Counted from the first letter of the stretch, positions 29,729 to 40,530 are shown. The stretch: DNA of 64,000 bases from an uncultured delta proteobacterium (GCA_963769935.1 CAVYNY010000010.1:704001-768000); one strand, 5' to 3'. Numbers and translations are program-made. The notes: generated from the sequence alone by a model not told the origin.

Positions 29729-32245
29729 TCAGTATAATAGGTAGCGACTCCGCAATTGCTGCCACTGCTTTTCATCAGCTTTCCAGATTTGCACGACGCG
29801 GGCTGGATCTTCGCCCGCCAATATGTGACTCAGCACCGTTTCAGACCCCAGCAGGCTATCTTCTTCTTCCAGACGGTATTCAGCCGGATACAGGCGGTGC
29901 AGCATTGAGGCAACTTCCAACCCCAGGCGCACAGGTTGGAGTTTCTGCCGATCGGTTAGCAGGATGAAAACGCCCTGGCATCTCTCGCCGGCAAATTTAC
30001 TCGATTGGGGAGTAAATGAAACCGGGTAAAAGCGAACGCCCGCAAGGTTTCTTGCATTAAGCTCCGAAGCCAGTTGGACCCCGACGATCCAGGGCGCACC
30101 GACCTGCTCAAAGGGGGCGTCGGTTCCGCGCCCCACTGATATTCGGGTTCCCTCAATGGCGCCGATTCCTGGATACAAAGTGGCCTGAATCAAGTTGCGT
30201 ATGTTGGGTGACGGATTCACCCAGGGCAAGCCGGTCTCATCAAACCAGTATTGGCGCCGCCAGCCTTTCATTTTTACGACGATTAATTCTGCTCCGATAT
30301 CATTTTCACCGTTAAATAGTTGCGCCAACTCTCCCATAGTCAGGCCGTGCCGGACGGGCATGGGAAAATAGCCCGTAAATCCGATAAATTCTCGATTCAG
30401 AATGGGGCCTTCAATCTGAAGACCGTTGATAGGGTTGGGACGATCCAATACCATGAATCTGATCTTTTGTTTGGCCGCTGCCTCCAGCAGGTAGGCCATC
30501 GTCGTCATGTAAGTATAATAACGCGTACCGATATCCTGCAAATCGACAACGACTGTGTCAATACCGGCCAGCATTTCAGCAGCAGGTCGCAAGCTTCTGC
30601 CGTAAAGCGAATGGATCACCAGACCGGTTTTTTTATCGCGCGATGAGGGCACGCGATCGTCAAGGATTCCCTGCACGCCGTGCTCCGGGCTGAATAGAGC
30701 AAATAGCTGCAGATTAGTCGCCCGATAAAATAAATCGATTGTACTTGCGCCGTCTCGCGCTTGCCCGGTTTGGTTGGTCAGCAGACCGATTCTCCTCCCC
30801 GCCAACCGACCAAAATTCTCTGCTCGCAGCACATCGAGACCGCTGAGAACCTGACCGCGGGGCTGAGCAGTTTCCGACAACAAATTCAGCCGCTGAATAC
30901 TTGCGGCGTTGCGCCCCTCGGTCGGCTCGTCTGGTTTAGCCTGGCCGGCCGCAACACTTGCGGCGATCGTGATGATATTCTCGCGCAGATCGAACACATC
31001 TCCTTCTCCGTCGGGATGAACCCGGTTGGAAAGAAATACCACATATAGTCCGGACTCAGGATCGAGCCAGAGTTTCGTCCCGGTAAACCCGGAGTGGTCG
31101 ATCGGCAGCCGTGAACGCTTTTCGCTGCCGTCAGTATAGGTTGTATCCAGATTCCAGCCGAGAGCGCGAATATAGCCGCCACTCAAAGGTGTTGACGCTG
31201 AAATCATGGTGTTGATTGTTTCAGGTTTTAATATGGGGGTTTGGCCGAATGTGCCGCCTCCCAGCAGCATCCGGCAAAAAATGGCAAGATCATCCGCCGT
31301 GCTGAAGAGCCCGGCGTGCCCCGGCCCGTCGCCCATCCGGCGAGCAGCGGGATCGTGAACCAGTCCGCGAAGGATCGTACCATCCGGGCCTCCGCAGGGT
31401 TGAAAGGTATTCCGGCAGCGCTCGGTCGGCGCAATCCGAGATCGCATGCTTAGCGGCGGATTATACATTGTGTCGCGCATTCCCAGCGGCTTAAAGAGAT
31501 GCGCATGCGCAAACTGATCGAGGGGCATTCCGCTCACACGGCGAACGATTTCACCCAGCAATATAAAATTCAAGTCGCTGTATACGATGCGCTCACCGGG
31601 TGCAGTTACCGGCACATCATCCACGATCTGTTCAATTGCCGCTCGATATCCTTTCCATTGCAGCGCCGGATTGAAACCGGGTCTCAAACCCGACATGTGC
31701 GTCAACAGATGTCGCACCGTAATTTTCGACTTACCGTGACGCTCAAAATTTGGGATATACTTGGCTACCGGGTCTTCAAGCGAAATCCGGCCGGCTTCGA
31801 TAAGCTTCATTATGCTGGGTGTTGCGGCGACAACTTTGGTAAGGGATGCCAGATCGAATACCGTATCGGCTGTCATAGGCTCCAAGGCTGGAACTACGGC
31901 ACGACGGCCGAAAGCCTTGCGATAAAGAACTTGATCTTTTTGACCGATAAGGATCACGGCGCCCGGCAGTTGGTTTTCCCGGATGGCCTCCTCGACTAGA
32001 TCATCGATCCAACAGAGATCTGCGTTACCAGGGGAATCGACCGGATCGGCAATCGGCACTTGATTCTCGGGGATCTGATAAGCCGCACGAGCAGCTTTTA
32101 CAGGGCCGCATGTGATGATTAGCAATAACGCCAGCAGGGCCTTGTAGCTTCGCCTCCCGGTGAAACCGCAATTCTTTTCGGAACAAGCGATGCTTTTATG
32201 GTCATACCCTTTAAGGACTTCTAAAGTTGGCCACATAATAGTCAT
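29729..32245 (-). CDS. Beta-lactamase-fold serine hydrolase fused to a DUF1343/NamZ exo-beta-N-acetylmuramidase; start uncertain
   Basis: FDLASLTK (SxxK), LLTHMSG, YSD, HSGFTG; then LTNQTG, FSPEHG, DLQDIGTRYYTY, LDRPNP, PSPN. Confidence 0.92.
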   Translation of the reverse strand: MTIMWPTLEVLKGYDHKSIACSEKNCGFTGRRSYKALLALLLIITCGPVKAARAAYQIPENQVPIADPVDSPGNADLCWIDDLVEEAIRENQLPGAVILIGQKDQVLYRKAFGRRAVVPALEPMTADTVFDLASLTKVVAATPSIMKLIEAGRISLEDPVAKYIPNFERHGKSKITVRHLLTHMSGLRPGFNPALQWKGYRAAIEQIVDDVPVTAPGERIVYSDLNFILLGEIVRRVSGMPLDQFAHAHLFKPLGMRDTMYNPPLSMRSRIAPTERCRNTFQPCGGPDGTILRGLVHDPAARRMGDGPGHAGLFSTADDLAIFCRMLLGGGTFGQTPILKPETINTMISASTPLSGGYIRALGWNLDTTYTDGSEKRSRLPIDHSGFTGTKLWLDPESGLYVVFLSNRVHPDGEGDVFDLRENIITIAASVAAGQAKPDEPTEGRNAASIQRLNLLSETAQPRGQVLSGLDVLRAENFGRLAGRRIGLLTNQTGQARDGASTIDLFYRATNLQLFALFSPEHGVQGILDDRVPSSRDKKTGLVIHSLYGRSLRPAAEMLAGIDTVVVDLQDIGTRYYTYMTTMAYLLEAAAKQKIRFMVLDRPNPINGLQIEGPILNREFIGFTGYFPMPVRHGLTMGELAQLFNGENDIGAELIVVKMKGWRRQYWFDETGLPWVNPSPNIRNLIQATLYPGIGAIEGTRISVGRGTDAPFEQVGAPWIVGVQLASELNARNLAGVRFYPVSFTPQSSKFAGERCQGVFILLTDRQKLQPVRLGLEVASMLHRLYPAEYRLEEEDSLLGSETVLSHILAGEDPARVVQIWKADEKQWQQLRSRYLLY

Positions 32246-33659
32246 CGATGATCCCTTCTGATTTCAGCTTTTCCCCGTAATCCCGGGCCGACTGCTTGGT
32301 GGCGAAATGCGACACCCGCACCTGGTACCAGCGCTTGTCGCCTCTAACCGCCTCCGACCAATATGCATCCAGTCCCCGGTTTTTTAGCTCCTGAACGAAG
32401 CTTTTGGCATATTCAGGCTTTAAATAGGCTGCCACCTGCAGCGTAAAAGGATCCGTAACAATGCTTATCGGCGGTTCAGGTTTTTTTTCGGCAGGCGGCG
32501 CCTCCGTCACCTTCAGGTGACTGACGGTGTTCACCACCAGCCCCCCGATTCCCAAGGCCAGACCGCCCAGCAGGATGCCGGTTAAAACGCGCCTGATTTG
32601 GCGGGAGTGTCGAATCAGACCGGCTGCTTTCCGGAGCCGCTCGATAATCCCCCGAAGCAGCGACCCCAAGAAATCGATCAGGTTCCGGGCCGTATTGATC
32701 AATAAGACACCCGGCCGGATTCGCCTGCGAATTTCGCGGGTTGTTTTGGGCGGGATCGGCGGATTGAAACCGGCAACCATATTTTTCAGGGTGTTCGCAT
32801 CGATGCCTTCCAGGTATTGACGGGCGGTTTGCAGCCGCTGCCGGTTGTGCTCGGTGACGGGCATCCAGTGCACACAGGCCGCCAGACCTCTCAGATACCC
32901 GGACCGGTCGCCATTTTGGGCCAACGCCTGCAGATAAATTTCCAGGGACCATTCATCCGCGCGTTTCTCTTTGACGAAGAGCTTTGCCAACTCCTGGATG
33001 AACTCAGGGGGCCGCGAATCATCACCTGCGTAAATCCGACGGTAAGTTTGCAGCGCGGGAAAATCCGTTCTTTCCAGCAAAAGATAAAACCGGGCCAGCG
33101 TGCGCTGGATATATCTATTTTTCGGCTGCGCTTCGCCGATGCGCGCGGCCAGTTCCTGGTGTTCTTCTTTAAGACCTCCCCGGCTTTCAACCCGCTGCAG
33201 CCAGTGCTGGGCCACTACACCATCTTTCGGATTGGAATTCAGGTATGCGAACAAAAAATCTTCGGACCTGTGATCCCGCCGGCTGCGGGCCAGATAGAAG
33301 CGCGCGATCCGGGCACCCAGGCTGACGGACCTTGTGCGCCGGACAAAAGGTGAAATCATAAAACTGTCAAAGAGGGCCATGGCCCGCTGAAAAGCATCTT
33401 CAGCTTCAAGATACATTCCGTCACGCTCAAATACACCGGCTTGGGACATCAAAAAATCCGTTTTATGCAGCGCCCAGCGGTTTGACCCCCAGCCGGCTGC
33501 CAGAAAAAAGATCAGCAGGATGACGGCCGTGACCAATACATTGCTCTCCAGCCCAAGGTGTGGCTGCAAAAAAGGCAATACCGCCAGACTCGCCAGCCCG
33601 CCCAGCAGGACAGCCGCCCAGATGCGGAAAGCAGTATGTCTTAAAAAAGATAACATCAT
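32211..33659 (-). CDS. Membrane-anchored SPOR-domain protein with a TPR-like region
   Basis: C-terminal FTLQVAAY...WYQVRVSHF; N-terminal and pre-SPOR TM segments. Confidence 0.85.
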   Translation of the reverse strand: MMLSFLRHTAFRIWAAVLLGGLASLAVLPFLQPHLGLESNVLVTAVILLIFFLAAGWGSNRWALHKTDFLMSQAGVFERDGMYLEAEDAFQRAMALFDSFMISPFVRRTRSVSLGARIARFYLARSRRDHRSEDFLFAYLNSNPKDGVVAQHWLQRVESRGGLKEEHQELAARIGEAQPKNRYIQRTLARFYLLLERTDFPALQTYRRIYAGDDSRPPEFIQELAKLFVKEKRADEWSLEIYLQALAQNGDRSGYLRGLAACVHWMPVTEHNRQRLQTARQYLEGIDANTLKNMVAGFNPPIPPKTTREIRRRIRPGVLLINTARNLIDFLGSLLRGIIERLRKAAGLIRHSRQIRRVLTGILLGGLALGIGGLVVNTVSHLKVTEAPPAEKKPEPPISIVTDPFTLQVAAYLKPEYAKSFVQELKNRGLDAYWSEAVRGDKRWYQVRVSHFATKQSARDYGEKLKSEGIIDDYYVANFRSP

Positions 33660-33660
33660 A

Positions 33661-33992
33661 GTAATTGAATATTGCAGATTGAAAATTGAAAATTTAAGGA
33701 ATTCTGTCTTTTTAGTTTTATGCCCCTATTTAGAGTCTTAATTGTAAATTCTTTGCATTTTATGCAAAAACTTTTTTCATCACGAAAACACAAAATTTTG
33801 AAAGTACGAAATTTATCTTATCTTCTTTTCGTGTTTTCGCCTGCCCCGTTAAACCTTTTTTATCTGTTTAATCGGGGTCCTTTCGTGCTTTCGTGATTAA
33901 TTTATCCTTTTTAGTTCCGGCTTGTCCGGGTTAGGAATTTAAAATCGATAGAATTCCACAAATATTCAATCTTCAATCTTCAATTTTCAATT
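33661..33992. repeat. Nested REP/MITE-like composite
   Basis: Outer AATTGAATATTGCAGATTGAAAATTG / CAATCTTCAATTTTCAATT inverted units; inner TCACGAAA...TTTCGTGA hairpin; TTCCGGCTTGTCCGGGTTAGG (a near-identical motif lies at about 3601). Confidence 0.6.
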
Positions 33993-34008
33993 CGAAGGGC
34001 CGTCATTC

Positions 34009-36147
34009 CTAACGCCTGTCAGGCGACAGATCCTGTTCCACAATGGTGGATCTTGGCGACACTATGGTTGATTTTTCCTGAACTTTAACAGGTTGTGCCG
34101 AAGCTGCGGCAGTCTGATCCGACGCATTGGTGGTGTATTCGAGCTCTTTTGGCGTCGCCTGCCCGCTGCGCAGCGCCACCTGCACCGGCTGCCGGGTCCA
34201 GACTCCGGCCGTCGAACCTGAAATCGGACTCACCTTTTCGAACCGAATATCGGCCGGAACCGGAAACTCCCGGGGCGGCTCGCCGTCGGTGGCCTTGATC
34301 ATAAAATCCGCCCAGATGGGTGCCGCCCCCCGCCCGCCGGTAATGCCGGTGCCTTGTTTATCCCGCATGCCGATTTCCCGGTCAAAGCCGACCCATACCG
34401 CAACACTCAGGTTGGGGGTGAATCCGGTAAACCAGGCATCACGATAATCGTCGGTGGTGCCTGTTTTTCCGGCCGCCGGAAGATTAAACCCCAGTCTCCG
34501 AACCACCGCGCCGGTTCCATCGTCAATGACACCGCGCATCATGTCCACCACCTGAAAAGCAACAGTTGCATCCAGGGTGCGCCGGCCGCCGACGATGTGC
34601 TCTTCAAGGACCCGCCCCAGGGGATCTTCCACCCGGTTGATAAAGAAAGGCTCATGACGGATGCCGCCGGTGGCGAAAGAGGCAAAGGCGGAGGCCATCT
34701 CCAGGGGGCTGACGCCGGAGGTTCCAAGGGCCACGGAATAAACCGGTCTCAGAGGACTTTCAATCCCGCATCGCCGGGCCGTCTCTAAAACGGGCTCAGG
34801 GCCGGTGCGCTCCACCAGCTGGGCCGCCACCGAATTCACGCTTTTCATAAAAGCCTCTTTCAGGATCATCGGACCTTCATACGTCCGGCTGAAATTGCGC
34901 GGCGTCCAATCTGCAGCCCCCTTCACCGCAATGGTGATCTTTTGGTCCGCCACTACGGTGCCCGGCGTATATCCCAGCTTCTCAAACGCGGTGTAATAAA
35001 CAAAGGGTTTAAATCCGGACCCCGGCAGGCGATTATTTTGAATGGCCCGGTTATATTCGGTTTGCGAGTAGTCCCGGCCCCCCACCAGGGCTTTTACGGC
35101 CCCGGAGTTGGCCTGAATCGCCACCAGAGCCCCCTGGGGATGAGCTTCCGTGTCATCGAAGCCGGCTTCAGCCGGGTTGGAAGTGCCGAGGATCTGGTCG
35201 AGTTTGGCCAGTCCGGTTTGCACAGATTTAACTGCCAGCGCCTGCAGCCGGGGGTCCAGCGTGGTCATTACTTTCAGCCCCCCGTGATAGACGACTTCAG
35301 GTCCGTACCGCTCTTCAAGCGTATCGAGGACGACGTCCAGAAAATAACTGCCGGTGTGAGTTTCAGCCGAGCGCGGCTGAAGCCGCAGTTCATCCTGAAA
35401 TGCGCGTTGAGCTTCCTGCACCGTAATAAAGCCCACGGCCGCCATGCGCGACAACACGATCTTCTGGCGGTTTTTGGCGCGCTCGAAATGACGGTAAGGG
35501 TTATAGCGCGTCGGCGATTTGGGCAAACCCGCCAGCAGCGCGGCTTCGGCCAGGTTCAATTCCGAGGCCGGTTTTCCCAGGAAAAACCGGGCGGCCTGCT
35601 CAATTCCGTGGGCGCCGACGCCGAAGGGAATTTGATTCAGGTAGGCTTCCAGGATATCTTCTTTTTTGTAACGGGCCTCGATCTGCAACGCCACCAGCAA
35701 CTCGCGGAATTTGCGCATAAAGGTGCGTTGGAAGCTGAAAAAAAGGTTTTTTGCCAGCTGCTGGGTAATGGTAGATGCGCCTTGGATTCTGCCCGGTTCA
35801 AAAAGGGTCACCCACAGCGCCTTGAGTGTTCGAAGCTTATCCACACCGTGGTGTTCCCAGAACCGGTGATCCTCGGTAGCAATCACCGCCTGGATAAAGA
35901 AGGGCGATATCCGGTTTAAGGGAATGGCTTCCCGTCCGCCCATGAGCATAACCCTTTCTCCGGTGGCTGCAAAAATCTCAGTGGGAGGCGTCTCAATGAT
36001 TCGGTTCAGCGGATCAGGCACGCGCGGCAGGTCACTGACCACCACAAATAAAAAACCGGTAGCTAAAAGAGCTCCGAGACCACCCAGCACTAACACCAGG
36101 TAGAAAAATCCGCTCAGCCGTCTAATGGTGGCGGTGACATTGGTCAT
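34009..36147 (-). CDS. Class A penicillin-binding protein (PBP1A family)
   Basis: EDHRFWEHHG, GASTITQQLAK, RKFRE (glycosyltransferase); SGFK, SVN, KTGT (transpeptidase). Confidence 0.95.
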   Translation of the reverse strand: MTNVTATIRRLSGFFYLVLVLGGLGALLATGFLFVVVSDLPRVPDPLNRIIETPPTEIFAATGERVMLMGGREAIPLNRISPFFIQAVIATEDHRFWEHHGVDKLRTLKALWVTLFEPGRIQGASTITQQLAKNLFFSFQRTFMRKFRELLVALQIEARYKKEDILEAYLNQIPFGVGAHGIEQAARFFLGKPASELNLAEAALLAGLPKSPTRYNPYRHFERAKNRQKIVLSRMAAVGFITVQEAQRAFQDELRLQPRSAETHTGSYFLDVVLDTLEERYGPEVVYHGGLKVMTTLDPRLQALAVKSVQTGLAKLDQILGTSNPAEAGFDDTEAHPQGALVAIQANSGAVKALVGGRDYSQTEYNRAIQNNRLPGSGFKPFVYYTAFEKLGYTPGTVVADQKITIAVKGAADWTPRNFSRTYEGPMILKEAFMKSVNSVAAQLVERTGPEPVLETARRCGIESPLRPVYSVALGTSGVSPLEMASAFASFATGGIRHEPFFINRVEDPLGRVLEEHIVGGRRTLDATVAFQVVDMMRGVIDDGTGAVVRRLGFNLPAAGKTGTTDDYRDAWFTGFTPNLSVAVWVGFDREIGMRDKQGTGITGGRGAAPIWADFMIKATDGEPPREFPVPADIRFEKVSPISGSTAGVWTRQPVQVALRSGQATPKELEYTTNASDQTAAASAQPVKVQEKSTIVSPRSTIVEQDLSPDRR

Positions 36148-37064
36148 CGTGGCGTTCGATCCTCCAGGTACGCTTTGATCGGATGCTTGGCGGCCCCATC
36201 ATTTTCCTCCAGGTATGACCGCAGGCGCCACACGGCCCACTCCTGGCCCTGAACCAGGACAACTTCAGGCCGGCCACCCATTGCGAACTCAAAACCCAGC
36301 TCGATATACCCCGATACGGCTTCATCTGAAATCCCGACCTTGACAATCTGACCGGCGGGTTTCAGCAGCGTTTCAGGATCGAGGATGACGTTGCGGCGAA
36401 CCTCCTCGGGCAGGGAAACCAGGGCCTCAAAAAAACGTTCGGCCGGATATATGCGGTTTTTAAAGTTCGCCAGATTTTCCAGCGCTTCAACCGCCAGGCC
36501 GTCTTCGCGCTCCAGCTGCCGCATTTCATCGGCGGAAACATCAATCCGGCGCAGCACGCGATTGTCGGCGTCCAGCAGATAGACAATCAGATCGCTGCCG
36601 CTTTTTTCGAAATACGTGCGCCGCCAGTTTCCCTGGGCGGAAATTTTAAGAAGCTCAATGGTGGACAATACCTCGCGGGCTGCCTCCCGGGGCAGTTTAA
36701 GGTAGAGGTGCCGGAAATTTTCCGCCGACAGCATTGCGCCCTGACCGTCTGAGAGACCGGCAGCGATTTGGGAAAAGGTTTCGGCGCTGCGCGCTTCGCG
36801 TTGGGAGGCCTGCCGGTCGGTGACGATTTTCTCGAGTGTTTTTTGCGCAGTCAGGGTCTGGCGGCCTTGTTCCCAGATGGCCCCCGATTGCGGCCGTGTC
36901 GAATTGGTGGTCACCAGGTAGGCACCCAGGGTGCGCTCTACCCAGTCAAATCGCATTTCCAGAACAATGACGCTGCCGACCAATAAAGCCACCAGCACAG
37001 GCCGCAGCGCAAGTACCCGGCGCAGCCAGTCATTTAAACTTTGCGGTTCAAACCAGTCTGTCAT
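36144..37064 (-). CDS. Hypothetical membrane-anchored protein, translationally coupled to the PBP gene
   Basis: 306-aa ORF, N-terminal TM, ATGA overlap. Confidence 0.75.
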   Translation of the reverse strand: MTDWFEPQSLNDWLRRVLALRPVLVALLVGSVIVLEMRFDWVERTLGAYLVTTNSTRPQSGAIWEQGRQTLTAQKTLEKIVTDRQASQREARSAETFSQIAAGLSDGQGAMLSAENFRHLYLKLPREAAREVLSTIELLKISAQGNWRRTYFEKSGSDLIVYLLDADNRVLRRIDVSADEMRQLEREDGLAVEALENLANFKNRIYPAERFFEALVSLPEEVRRNVILDPETLLKPAGQIVKVGISDEAVSGYIELGFEFAMGGRPEVVLVQGQEWAVWRLRSYLEENDGAAKHPIKAYLEDRTPR

Positions 37065-37157
37065 GCCAAAATATTACCAATAAAGATCGCTATATGGCAA
37101 GGGAATATCATCTGAGCCGGGTAAACCCGAAAAATGTTTTGTATATTAAAAATGGGA

Positions 37158-37478
37158 TAGGAATGGATTCAGTTTTAATCTTTAAAAATAGACAGGATTT
37201 TCAGGATTTATCGGATATTTTTTGTATAACCGGTTTCCAGATGAAACCGGTTATAGACAATCCGCTTCGCGGAAAAAAGGATCGTCTGTGTCAACCCACT
37301 GCGCCTATTCACTGCCAGCCGATAAACCATAGCATCACCGATTTCACCCATATGTTTACTAAGCTTCCGCCGGCAGTCGAATGTTATTTTCACGGTTTCA
37401 TCCGGAAACCGTGAAAAAATCCAGTTCATCCTGTAGATCCTGTCGGATAAAAAATATTTAAATAGAATCCATTCCCTA
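37158..37478. mobile_element. MITE-like element of about 320 bp
   Basis: TIR TAGGAATGGATTC / GAATCCATTCCCTA; internal inverted GACAGGAT...ATCCTGTC; palindromes AACCGGTTTC..GAAACCGGTT and TTTCACGGTTTC..GAAACCGTGAAA. Confidence 0.7.
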
Positions 37479-37567
37479 ATGGTACAATTGCGCTAAAATG
37501 ACATGATCAAGTTTAGGGTTGCGTATTAATTTGGTAGAGGTAAAATCACGGATGTAATGGAGGAAAA

Positions 37568-38410
37568 ATGAATCTCAGTTTCCGGAAATTGGTGTGGTCG
37601 GTCTGTTTTTCCGGCACGTTCATCTTAACCTGGGCCGGCGTGAGCCGCAGCGAGGTGGTTGTATTTGATCGGGTGACAACCGTTAAAACGGCTGTACGCC
37701 TCATTGTGCTGACCAAGGGTTTTCTGTTTGCCGAAGGCGGTCGGCTGGTGGACATTTATCTGGATGACCAGCATCTGAAAAAGATTTTAACCGGCGGTGA
37801 CGGCTACGGCTACTTGAAATACACGCCCCCGGACCCCGGACTGAAAGAAATAAGAGCCCATTCTGATACAGGCAGTGCAACAGGCCTGCTGCTGGTTATG
37901 GGCAAAAATGAGAAGGCGATCATTATTGATATCGAAAGTGCTTTTCAGGATGCCGTATTGTCAGACGAGATCAGGGAGAAAAGCCGGCAGGCCGTTAATT
38001 CCCTGAGTAAAAATTACAAAATAATTTACCTGAGCCGGTATATTGGCAAGGGCGTCGGCCGGAGCTCGCTGAAAAAAGCAAATTTTCCGGAATCGGTCAT
38101 TCTCCGCTGGCAAGGACCTGATACGTTTACAGCATTGGAAGAAAGAGGCGTGCAGCTGCAGGCTGTCATCGGTTCGGAGGACGAGATGTCGGCGGCGGAG
38201 ACAAAACACATTGAAAATCGGTATACTTTTGAAGAATCCACCAAGGGGCAAACCGTGAAAGACTGGGATGAAATTTTAAAGCGGCTGCAAACAACCCCGC
38301 CGGCCGAAAAGAAAGAAAGGGACGGAGAACGGAAGATAGAAGTTGAGAAGGTGAGAGGCTGGGAAGTTGAGAGGATGAGAAGTTGGGAAGGTGAGAGGGT
38401 GAGAGGGTGA
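37568..38410 (+). CDS. Hypothetical exported protein; C-terminus runs into an 8-mer repeat array
   Basis: Signal-like N-terminus, GGAGG RBS; tail EVEKVRGWEVERMRSWEGERVRG is translated repeat. Confidence 0.75.
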   Translation: MNLSFRKLVWSVCFSGTFILTWAGVSRSEVVVFDRVTTVKTAVRLIVLTKGFLFAEGGRLVDIYLDDQHLKKILTGGDGYGYLKYTPPDPGLKEIRAHSDTGSATGLLLVMGKNEKAIIIDIESAFQDAVLSDEIREKSRQAVNSLSKNYKIIYLSRYIGKGVGRSSLKKANFPESVILRWQGPDTFTALEERGVQLQAVIGSEDEMSAAETKHIENRYTFEESTKGQTVKDWDEILKRLQTTPPAEKKERDGERKIEVEKVRGWEVERMRSWEGERVRG

Positions 38411-38558
38411 GAAGATGGGAAGCCGGGAGGCTGGGAAGCTGAGAAGCTGAGAAGCTGGGAAGCTGGGAAGCTGGGAAGGAGAAGGTGAGAGGGTGAGAGG
38501 GTGAGAGGGTGAGAAGATGAGAAGCTGGGAAGCTGAGAAGGTGAGAAGCTGGGAAGCT
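38340..38558 (+). repeat. Degenerate purine-rich 8-bp tandem repeat array
   Basis: Units GAAGCTGG / GAAGCTGA / GAGGGTGA / GAAGGTGA. Confidence 0.9.
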
Positions 38559-38694
38559 AAAAATGCTTGGCGCCCTGCGCCTTCTGCCTTTTACCTTTAG
38601 CCTTTGACCTTTATCCTTTTTTTACCTTAGACCTATACCCTCTTTTGTTATCCAGCATCCAGTGTCCAGTATCGAGCATCCAGTATCCCGCAGC

Positions 38695-40065
38695 CTATTG
38701 CTTCCCGGCATATTTGCGCAGCGTGCCGTCTTCGGCCACGGCATAAACTGCGCCATCACGGCCGATGGCAATCGACGACAGGCCGTTGCCACGAAAATTG
38801 GTATCGTGACTCCGCGCTTTAAGATCGTGGGTGGCGGTCAACATCTCTAATGAAGATACATACACACGGTTGGACGTAACGGCCGGGGAAGAATAGGTCG
38901 TCCCCAGCAGCGGCAACTTTTCTGAAACTTTGCCGTCGCGCAACACAGTCCCGTCCGCGGCGTTGAGCACCTGGAGGCTGTCTTTGGATACCACGAACAC
39001 CTGCTGTTCGGCCGAAGCCGCCGGCGTGGCCAACACAGGTTGACCGGCGTCATACTCCCACATTTTCACGCCGGTTTTCACGTCATACGCAAGCACTTTG
39101 CCATCCTCACCCCCGAATACCATCAGCCCCGCAGGCAGGATCGCCGCCGAAGAATGCCCGTCAAAATCGTGCTCCTGACGCCAGAGCACGGACAATTGCG
39201 TCCCGTCCCATTCAAATACGCCGATGCTGCACAGGCTGTCCGCGATGGCAATCAGGGTTTTTCCTTCGCCGGCAACAACCGCCGCCGTCGGATCGACATA
39301 ACTGTCAGGCAGCACATAAACGCCTTCTTTGGATTCGGGGGGAAATCTTCCGATCATATTCCAGGTGTCTTTCTCGGTCCGCAAGAGATCTTCCAAACGA
39401 AGCCGGCCGCCTGAGGCATCAAAACGGCACACACCCAGCGATTTACGGGCGAGAAGCTGCGCTCCGTTTCCGTTGTCCCGCAGTACAAAAAGCTCGCCTT
39501 GAATGTCATCGGTCATACCGACCGATACATATACAAAGATGTGGGTGCCGCTTGGCGATGTGATGACCTTGGGGGATCCGGTGGTATACCCATTGTCCGG
39601 AAAAGAATAAGACCATTGGGGATTGCTGAATTGATCCACTTTATGAAGGGTGCTCAAAATTCTTCCGTCATCGGCCTCATGATTGGAGATAACGTAAATA
39701 TCACCTTCATCAGAAACCGAAGCCGAACCAACAATGCAGCTTTTTGAAGGGTCGGGACCCAGTGCTCTCTGCCACTTCTGGGTTCCGTCATCTGACTTTA
39801 GCGCGATCAATTTACCGTTGGTGGTCCCGATATAGATGACCTCCCTTCCCTGGTAGTCCGCACCGATAACCGGTGATGAACTGGTAATCCTGTAGGGATT
39901 TGAAACCCAGCTGACTGACAGTGCAAAACCGCTTGCAACCGGCTGAAAGCCCCGGCTGGCTGAATCACCATGGAAGTTGCCCCATCGCGAAGCCTTGCCG
40001 GCGGCACAGCCCACCAAAGTCACCGCCGAAATTATCACAATAACATTTCGCAGACCGTTGCTCAT
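38695..40065 (-). CDS. PQQ-type beta-propeller lipoprotein (BamB-like repeats)
   Basis: Lipobox LVGC; repeated SSP / G.V.A.D..TG...W blades. Confidence 0.85.
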   Translation of the reverse strand: MSNGLRNVIVIISAVTLVGCAAGKASRWGNFHGDSASRGFQPVASGFALSVSWVSNPYRITSSSPVIGADYQGREVIYIGTTNGKLIALKSDDGTQKWQRALGPDPSKSCIVGSASVSDEGDIYVISNHEADDGRILSTLHKVDQFSNPQWSYSFPDNGYTTGSPKVITSPSGTHIFVYVSVGMTDDIQGELFVLRDNGNGAQLLARKSLGVCRFDASGGRLRLEDLLRTEKDTWNMIGRFPPESKEGVYVLPDSYVDPTAAVVAGEGKTLIAIADSLCSIGVFEWDGTQLSVLWRQEHDFDGHSSAAILPAGLMVFGGEDGKVLAYDVKTGVKMWEYDAGQPVLATPAASAEQQVFVVSKDSLQVLNAADGTVLRDGKVSEKLPLLGTTYSSPAVTSNRVYVSSLEMLTATHDLKARSHDTNFRGNGLSSIAIGRDGAVYAVAEDGTLRKYAGKQ

Positions 40066-40335
40066 ATTGCTGTCCTTAATTCCTTGCGAAATTTTTAACT
40101 CATCCGCCCAGTCAACGTGGCGCATTCCCATCGGTTCCAACCGGACTATTGCATCTTATCCAAACCTGGTATCGCTATTCTTAAGGGCGGTGTGATTAAT
40201 CGATTTGCTGTGCGGCCGGACAAACCGCCAGCTGCCCGCGAACGCGGAGTTTCATTGCCTGGCAAGTATATTCTAATTTTGGAAGATAAATCAACCCTAT
40301 ATATGGTTCCGGGTTAATAATCCCGGCAAAAAAGC

Positions 40336-40530
40336 GAGAAGGTGAGGCGGTGTGAGGGTGAGAAGGTGAGAAAAAGAAGCTGGGAGGCTGGGGAGCTGGG
40401 AAGGTGAGAGGGTAAGATGGTAAGAGGGTAAGAGGGTAAGAGGCTGAGAAGCTTAGAAGATAAGAAGATAGAAGTTAAGAAGGTGAGAAGCCTGGAGGCT
40501 GGGATGTTGGGAGGTTGGGAATTTGGGAAC
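40336..40530 (+). repeat. Second purine-rich 8-bp tandem repeat array
   Basis: Same unit family as 38340-38558. Confidence 0.85.

Noticed and set aside
38340..40530. CRISPR array
   Set aside because: Contiguous degenerate 8-mers with no unique spacers and no cas genes
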